Source: Micromonas sp. (Eukaryota). From it: a stretch of DNA of 32,000 bases. Both the position numbers and the translations under genes were made by a program. Below are positions 26,564 through 32,000 of the stretch, piece after piece; position 1 is the stretch's first letter; the number at the start of each line of letters is the position of its first letter. Where the stretch lies: positions 371,041 through 403,040 of the forward strand of contig CP001325.1 in the NCBI GenBank assembly GCA_000090985.2. The letters run 5' to 3'. A model generated the notes under the pieces. The model was not told the DNA's origin. It did not search any database and was given only the letters and a program-made list of their open reading frames with translations.

Positions 26564-28137
26564 CCACCGCGATCGCGCCGAAGAAGAAGCGACTGTTCGC
26601 GCCCGCCCAGCCCAAGCCCAAGAAGATCACGCGGTCCGAGGCGAAGAAGGAGGAGGAGCTCAACACGTTCACCAAGCTCACGGTCGATTACCTCAACAAC
26701 AAGCACGCCGACGTCGAGCCGGAGTCCAATCCCAAGGTGTACTACAGCGAATACGCCAACCTCCGGAACACCCCGGGGCGGCTCGTCGAGCCCGAGACGG
26801 ACGAGGAGGTGCTCGCCCTGTTTGATGAGGTCGCGGACGCGCCGCCGCGTCCGAACGTCGTCTCGTGGTTCCACGTTGAGGGCGTCAACGACGCGGTCAT
26901 CCGCGAGTTTTTCGTTAAGATGAAGCTGAGGCTCCCATCTCCGTCCCTCTCTCCCCCCTCCCCTTCTTCCGGGCCTTCAGGGAACGGAGGAGGTAAGGCG
27001 ACGAGGAAGGGCGACGACGCGGTCGCCTTGTTCTTCAAGAGGCACCGCGAGCCGAGGCTGAGGTTCTTCGGCACGCACATGTACCTCGCCATGCAGCTGC
27101 TGGACAGGAACGACTCCGAGGGCGACATACCGATGGTGAGCGACCAGCAGGTGTCCGTGCTCTTCGTCCCCAACCGCAGGCTCGTCCTCACGGTGAGCGA
27201 GTACGCCAGCCCGGGGACCGACTTCGACCGGCTGCGCGAGCAGCTGGTGCAGGGATCCAGCGCGTGCAACCACCCCAACGCGGACGCCACCCTCCTGTTG
27301 GCGGTGCTCGCGGACAAGTTCATGGAGGACTCCTTCCCGCTGGCGGAGGAACTCGGCGATTATCTCGAACTCCTCGCGCACGCGCTCATCATGAAACCCG
27401 GGTTGCGGTACAACATACCCGCCGATAAGGTGAGGACCGAGCTGTGGCGCATGCGCCGGTTCGCACTGAGGACCAGGCGTCTGACGGAGATACTGCAGGA
27501 GGATCCGCTGCAGCTCTTCGAGAACGCGCGGTTCCAGAGCTTCATGGCCGTGGTGGAGCGACAGGCGCAGTCGCTGGCGGAGCTCTGCCACATGTACAAC
27601 GAGCGGTGCGGTAACATCATATCGCGCATCGAGGTGCACCAGACGACGAAGACCAACGAGACGTTGTTCACGCTGACGATCATCACCGCGCTGATCATCC
27701 CGGTGCAGTTCCTGACCGGCGTCTACGGCATGAACTTTGAGAACATGCCGGAGCTGAGAACCACGTACGGCTACTACGTCTTCTGGGCGGCGGTTCCCAC
27801 GCTGTGCACGTTCACCTACCTGATGCTTCGACGCAAGGGCCTGATCGAGGACGATTCTGACATCAGAATCGCGCAGCTGATGCCCGCGGAGGTGGTGTCC
27901 GCCGTGAGCTTCATATCGAAGAGGGCCAAGAGGACGGTGCGGGCGGCGGGGGCGGGCGCGGCGAAGGTTGCGGCGTCTGGCGCAAAGGCGGCAAAGGGGG
28001 TGGCGACTGGGGCGAAAAAGGCGGGGACCGCGGTGAGCGTGACGATCAAAAGCGCGAGCCCGAGGTTCAGCGGCGGAGGGGGAAGCGGAAGCGGAAGCGG
28101 AAGCTCGATGCCGCCGACGCCAAAGAACGCCGCCTAG
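26564..28137 (+). CDS. CorA/MRS2-type Mg2+ transporter, exon 2 (main body). It has two C-terminal TM helices, the GMN motif and a roughly 100-aa Ala/Lys/Gly-rich tail.
   Basis: FTLTIITALIIPVQFLTGVYGMNFENMPEL....GYYVFWAAVPTLCTFTYLMLRRKGLI is the CorA signature. The stop TAG is at 28135..28137. Confidence 0.88.
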
Positions 28138-28194
28138 TAGTTAAGAGAGAGCCAAAACCGTCGCGTTCATTCGAATCGTCCGAGTCGTCAGTCG

Positions 28195-30873
28195 TCAGTT
28201 TCCACCCTCCCCGTCCACGTACATGTTCACCAGATCCGCCTTTTTCACCCCGCGCTTCCCCGCGTACAGGTGCGCGAGGCCCATCGTCTGCAGTTTGTGC
28301 TTCAGCTGCGCCACGGTCATCGCCTGGGCCTCCTCGCGCTTATCCTCCTCGGGCTCGGCCTCCGCTTCATCCGCCTCATCCGCTTCATCCGCCTTGGCGT
28401 CGTCGATCGGCGCCTCCGACGCGTCCACGAATTCGGGTTCCTCATCCTCGACTATCGGGTCGGGAGACTTCTCCCTGCGTCGCTTGGACGGCGACGGCGA
28501 CGGCGCCCGCGCATCCGCGACGCCCGCGTTCGGCGAAACCTCGCCGCCGACGCCGCCGCCGACGCCAAACTTTGCCTCCGCCTCGGCGCGCCATTTGTTC
28601 ATCAGATCATCCGACGAGCCGTGGGACTTGCGAGGCGGCGATACGAGCGTCCCGCTCTTCCTCAGCTCCTCCAGACGGGTCTCCGCGTACGCCGCGCGCT
28701 TCTCAGCCTCCGCCGCGCGCCGCTCCGCGTCCCGCCTGGCGCCATCCGCCGCCGCCGCCCTAGCGGATGCCTGCGCCCTCCACTCCGACTCCGTAGCGCT
28801 CGCCTTTGCCCTCGCGTCCCTAGCCGCGCTCTCCGCCGCCTCCCGCGCGCGTTCCGCCTCCCCGAGCGCGGCGCGCATTCGCGCCAGCTCGTTCTCGAGC
28901 TGCGACGCGGCGCCGTCGCGCGCGGCGCGCAGCGCGGTGGAATCCGATCGAGCCGACGCGAGTTCGCGCTCGAGCCTCTGCGAATTTTCCGCCGCCGCCT
29001 CCGCTCGCTTACGCTCCGCGTCGATCGCCTCCCTCAGACTCGCCTCCCGACTCGACGCCCCCGCCTCGGTCATCTTGAACTCGCTGCGCGCGTGTTGCAG
29101 CGCGAGCGACGCTTTGGCAGCCTCCTCCCTCGCGCGCGATTCGCACTCTTTCCGCGCCGACTCCGCCGTTCTCGCCGCATCCTCCGCTTTTCGCCTCGCA
29201 TCCGCCTCGGCGCTCGCGCGCGTCTCCGCGTTCCTCGCCCTCGCGTCCATCTCCCGGACCCTCGCGTCGAGCTCCGCGACCCTTCGCTCCATCTCGCTCG
29301 CCGTGGCGGCCGCGCTCTCCGCCTTTTGCCGCTCCATCGCGCACTCGGAGCGAACGGCGGCGAGCGCCTTCTCGGCGAGGGCGGCCAGCGCGAACTTCTG
29401 GCAATCGCGCAAAAAAACGCACAGGCGATCGTGCGCGCTCGGGCCGTCCGCCTCTCCGAGGTAGGCGTCCACCTCGGAGTCGATGCGCTTGAGGACGTCC
29501 GCGATTTTCGCGTCCGGGGCGTTCGCGCACCCCATCACCCGCGTCGCCGCGGCGGCGAGCAGCTCCGAGCATCGCGCCGCCGCGCTCGCTCGGCGCTTCT
29601 CGCGGTACTCCCCGAACCGGACCTTTAACGCGTGTTCCAGCTTGGCGCACGCCGCGGCGCGCGTCTCGGTGTCGCCCACCGCGCGCTGTTCGAACGCGAG
29701 ACGCGCGCGCTCCACCGCGCGCTCGTGGCACGCCGAGAGCTTGGCGTCATCCGCGGGACAGGAGTCGGCGGATGCGAAAAACGCCTCGGCGTACGCCGAC
29801 TCGCCCTCCTCGACGGCTTTGCCGCACTCGCTCTCCGCCACGCTCTGCCACGCGGTGGCGATCGCGGGCACCGCCCCGGCGTTGATCGCGGCGACGTACT
29901 GCGTCGCCATGGCGGCGAGCGCGGGGCCGTTGAGGACGTCGGAACCCACCCGCTTGGCGCGGCACCGATCGAAGAGCAACTCGACGAGCGAGTCGAGCCC
30001 CGCGATGAACTCCGGTCGAAGCTGCGACCGGGGCACGGCGTCCAGGTTCCGGAGCTGTTTCTCGTCGTTTACCGGGCGGACGAGCGGGAAGCACTCGCGC
30101 TCGGGGAAGAGCCCGCGGATGGACTCGCGGATGGCGTTCTTCGCGACGGCGCCGGTCGATCCCCCGTCGACTGTCGGGACGTTTCTCAGCGCCGACTCGA
30201 GGTAGTCCGCGGCGGAGATGCGACCGCCGCTGTCCGGGTCGTTCAGGTCGAGGTAAAAGTCCCGGAGGAGCCACACGAACGACGGCGAGAAGGCGCCGAG
30301 CTCGCGGACGCCGCCGCGGCCCGGGGCGGCGGCGCCAGTCTCGGACCTGACGCGGATGTGCTTGGTCATCTCGGTGACGAGGGAGAGGCGATCGAGCGCG
30401 GCTTCGTCGATGCCGCCCATCTGGTTGTAGCAGAACAGGGACGATAGCAGCACGGCCATGGAGAAGATCTGCGTGCTGTACTGGCCCGTCTGGTCGTACG
30501 CGTCGATGCCCTCGGTGTCCAGGAGCACGACGTGGAACGCCTTGCCGGTGACCGGGTCCACGCGCCGGATGGGCGCGGACCAGATCCACAGCCCCTTGGT
30601 GCACGGCCGGACGGTCGGACCCACCTTAAATCCCGCGTCGTTCCCGGCGCTGCACAGCTGGTTGAGGATGTAGCTCTTGCCCTGACGCGCGCGCCCGCAC
30701 ACCGCGAGCACGCCGACGTCGCCGCGGATCTGGCGCAGCGCCTCGAGCGCCTCGGAGCCGAGCTCGAACTTTTTGGTCCGTTCGTCGTACTGAAGCAGGT
30801 GCAGTGGCTTGCCGACCGGGGGCGGCGCCGTCGCGGAGGCCTTGCCAGACTTGGAAGGGCTGAAGAAGCCCAT
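28195..30873 (-). CDS. Guanylate-binding-protein (GBP/GBPL)-like dynamin-superfamily large GTPase with a long Ala/Glu/Arg coiled coil, an acidic tract and a SAP-like C-terminal motif
   Basis: The track start at 31038 is GTG; the real ATG is at 30873..30871 (MGFFSPSK...). G domain: EALEALRQIRGDVGVLAVCGRARQGKSYILNQL...GFKVG....CTKGLWIWS.P........FHVVLLDTEGIDAYDQTG.YSTQIFSMAVLLSS.FCYNQMGGIDE.ALDRLSLVTEMTKHIRV. C-terminus: MTVAQLKHKLQTMGLAHLYAGKRGVKKADLVNMYV. Confidence 0.88.
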   Translation of the reverse strand: MGFFSPSKSGKASATAPPPVGKPLHLLQYDERTKKFELGSEALEALRQIRGDVGVLAVCGRARQGKSYILNQLCSAGNDAGFKVGPTVRPCTKGLWIWSAPIRRVDPVTGKAFHVVLLDTEGIDAYDQTGQYSTQIFSMAVLLSSLFCYNQMGGIDEAALDRLSLVTEMTKHIRVRSETGAAAPGRGGVRELGAFSPSFVWLLRDFYLDLNDPDSGGRISAADYLESALRNVPTVDGGSTGAVAKNAIRESIRGLFPERECFPLVRPVNDEKQLRNLDAVPRSQLRPEFIAGLDSLVELLFDRCRAKRVGSDVLNGPALAAMATQYVAAINAGAVPAIATAWQSVAESECGKAVEEGESAYAEAFFASADSCPADDAKLSACHERAVERARLAFEQRAVGDTETRAAACAKLEHALKVRFGEYREKRRASAAARCSELLAAAATRVMGCANAPDAKIADVLKRIDSEVDAYLGEADGPSAHDRLCVFLRDCQKFALAALAEKALAAVRSECAMERQKAESAAATASEMERRVAELDARVREMDARARNAETRASAEADARRKAEDAARTAESARKECESRAREEAAKASLALQHARSEFKMTEAGASSREASLREAIDAERKRAEAAAENSQRLERELASARSDSTALRAARDGAASQLENELARMRAALGEAERAREAAESAARDARAKASATESEWRAQASARAAAADGARRDAERRAAEAEKRAAYAETRLEELRKSGTLVSPPRKSHGSSDDLMNKWRAEAEAKFGVGGGVGGEVSPNAGVADARAPSPSPSKRRREKSPDPIVEDEEPEFVDASEAPIDDAKADEADEADEAEAEPEEDKREEAQAMTVAQLKHKLQTMGLAHLYAGKRGVKKADLVNMYVDGEGGN

Positions 30874-31196
30874 CGTCGCGCGCCTCGAGTTACGCCGGGT
30901 CTCCGACGGTCGCGAGACTGGAGAGCGCCCGAAAGAGTGCTGTTCGTCGAGATCGCCCGCACCCCCAGCTTCGGGTTTGACAAACGCCAGCTGTGAACGA
31001 AGGTTTGAATCCGAGATAATTCGCAATTCCCAGCGCACGCGGAAACAGTCAGAGCGGTCCCCTCCTCTAACTCCAAAGCCGATTCACAGGCCGCGGCTGC
31101 GCGGATTTCGCCTCGGCAGCCCGGAGCAGCGTCAGCATCACAATTGTGCACGCGCCTGGGCACCGCCAGCCAGCCAGCCAACCAGCCGGAGGCACC

Positions 31197-32000
31197 ATGA
31201 ACTCCGGCCATGGCTACAGCCCGCCGCACGACCAGCTCTTTATGAGCATCGTGCCCGGCCACCACGGCATGCTCCAGCCCCCGCCGAACATGGGCCACCC
31301 GGGCCTCCCCGGCCAACCGATGCCCCCTCCGGGCGGCTCGATGGGTGCGAACCACCTGGACGTCCACGCGCACCTCGGGCCGCACCCCGGCGGCATGCCC
31401 GCGCAACACACCACCCTCGCGCAGCACGGCGCGCTGCTCCACCCGCACGACAGGATCCGCCTGCGCGCGTGCCCGGTGCCCGGATGCGACTTCGTGACGA
31501 ACCAAGGTCGCGCGCGGTTGGAGAAGCACCTCGCCACGCACGGCAGCGAGAAGCCGTTCAAGTGCGAGCACGAGGGATGCGGCAAGGCGTTCAAGACGTC
31601 GGAACACCTCAAGCAGCACGCGAGGTGCCACGCCACCGAACGCAACTTTCGGTGCGCCAGGCCGCTGTGCGAGGACCACGAGGCTTTCAAGTCGCTGCCC
31701 GAGCTGAGGCTTCACGAGAGCCGAATGCACACGCTCGACAAGGCGGAGGGAAGGGAGATGAAGCTGAAAGAGAAGGTGGCGAAGATGGAGGCGGACGCGG
31801 AGAGCGCCCGGAAGGACAACGCGACGCTGCGGAAAGCCGTGGAGCTGCTGCAGGCGACGCTGAAGGAAGCCACAGCGCCGAGGAGGCCGAGGAAGCGTAA
31901 GGGCGGCGGCGGACACGAGGACGGGGACGCGGGGAAAGAGAAGGGGGACGCGGGAAAAGACAAGGGGGACGCGCGTCTCGAGCGTCAGAACGAGGTCAAC
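31197..32000 (+). CDS. C2H2 zinc-finger protein (three fingers) with a Pro/His/Gly-rich N-terminus and a coiled-coil/basic C-terminal part. The 3' end runs off the right edge of the window.
   Basis: Hand translation from the ATG at 31197 (caccATGa): MNSGHGYSPPHDQLFMSIVPGHHGMLQPPPNMGHPG...CPVPGCDFVTNQGRARLEKHLATHGSEKPFKCEHEGCGKAFKTSEHLKQHARCHATERNFRCARPLCEDHEAFKSLPELRLHESRMH...KLKEKVAKMEADAESARKDNATLRKAVELLQATLKE... It stays open to nt 32000. It is not in the track because there is no stop. Track ORFs 30809..31900(+) and 30366..31916(-) are shadows. Confidence 0.8.
   Translation, partial: MNSGHGYSPPHDQLFMSIVPGHHGMLQPPPNMGHPGLPGQPMPPPGGSMGANHLDVHAHLGPHPGGMPAQHTTLAQHGALLHPHDRIRLRACPVPGCDFVTNQGRARLEKHLATHGSEKPFKCEHEGCGKAFKTSEHLKQHARCHATERNFRCARPLCEDHEAFKSLPELRLHESRMHTLDKAEGREMKLKEKVAKMEADAESARKDNATLRKAVELLQATLKEATAPRRPRKRKGGGGHEDGDAGKEKGDAGKDKGDARLERQNEVN

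Noticed and set aside
28223-29628. Plus-strand ORFs of 413 and 452 aa over the GBP coiled-coil region, plus 29483..30447 and minus-strand 29747..30604
   Set aside because: They are antisense to, or out of frame with, the GBP-like gene, whose G-domain motifs identify the true frame.
30874-31038. Upstream 55 codons of the GBP track ORF, and likewise the 6 codons at 10583..10600 of the rhomboid ORF
   Set aside because: Both track starts are GTG. Conserved protein sequence begins after the first real ATG in each case.
30366-31916. 516-aa minus-strand ORF and 363-aa plus-strand ORF (30809..31900) spanning the GBP start, the spacer and the zinc-finger gene
   Set aside because: Arg/Pro/Ala-rich junk composition. 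They cross a divergent promoter. The true frames are the GBP frame (ATG 30873) and the C2H2 frame (ATG 31197).
1-32000. Search for a prokaryote-style defence island, operon, toxin-antitoxin pair, integrase or transposon
   Set aside because: Genes alternate in strand with individual promoters, several require spliceosomal introns, and the products are typical eukaryotic or plastid-related proteins. No transposase, integrase, reverse transcriptase, terminal inverted repeats or long terminal repeats were seen.

Overview
This window is GC-rich, very gene-dense eukaryotic nuclear DNA, not a prokaryotic locus. In the real reading frames the third codon position is almost always G or C. Intergenic spacers run from about 57 to 870 bp. 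At least three genes only make sense if short GT..AG spliceosomal introns are removed. The gene content combines plastid functions (a LIL3 light-harvesting-like protein and a CBM20 starch-binding coiled-coil protein), a flagellar dynein assembly factor (LRRC6/TilB) and polyQ-rich regulators. Together with the compact layout, this points to a flagellated prasinophyte green alga of the Micromonas/Mamiellophyceae type; that assignment is inference only.

I can support 15 protein-coding genes. They encode:
- MO25/CAB39 (partial)
- LRRC6/TilB
- a small presequence-bearing membrane protein
- a TrhO/YceA-type rhodanese
- a 3-RRM polyQ protein
- a Methyltransf_32-like SAM methyltransferase
- a PARL-like rhomboid
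- a BAG6-like UBL+ZZ protein
- a large HTH/BAH-like chromatin-type protein
- a small IQ-motif protein
- LIL3 (spliced)
- a membrane-anchored coiled-coil CBM20 protein
- a CorA/MRS2-type Mg2+ channel (spliced)
- a GBP-like large GTPase
- a C2H2 zinc-finger protein (partial)

There are also two tRNA-Pro genes (UGG and CGG). I found no CRISPR array, transposon, operon or defence-island-like system.

The observations most worth follow-up are:
- the plastid coiled-coil/CBM20 fusion with 33-nt (11-residue) tandem repeats
- the splice structures, including a putative 27-nt microexon in LIL3 and a stop-free in-frame candidate intron
- the tRNA-Pro gene lying 94 nt upstream of a methyltransferase ATG
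- the GBP-like GTPase with a SAP-like tail
- the heavy load of in-frame micro- and minisatellites in two low-complexity proteins

The supplied ORF track counts GTG/TTG as M, so several track starts are not real initiators. Many long track ORFs are antisense or out-of-frame shadows of the real genes.
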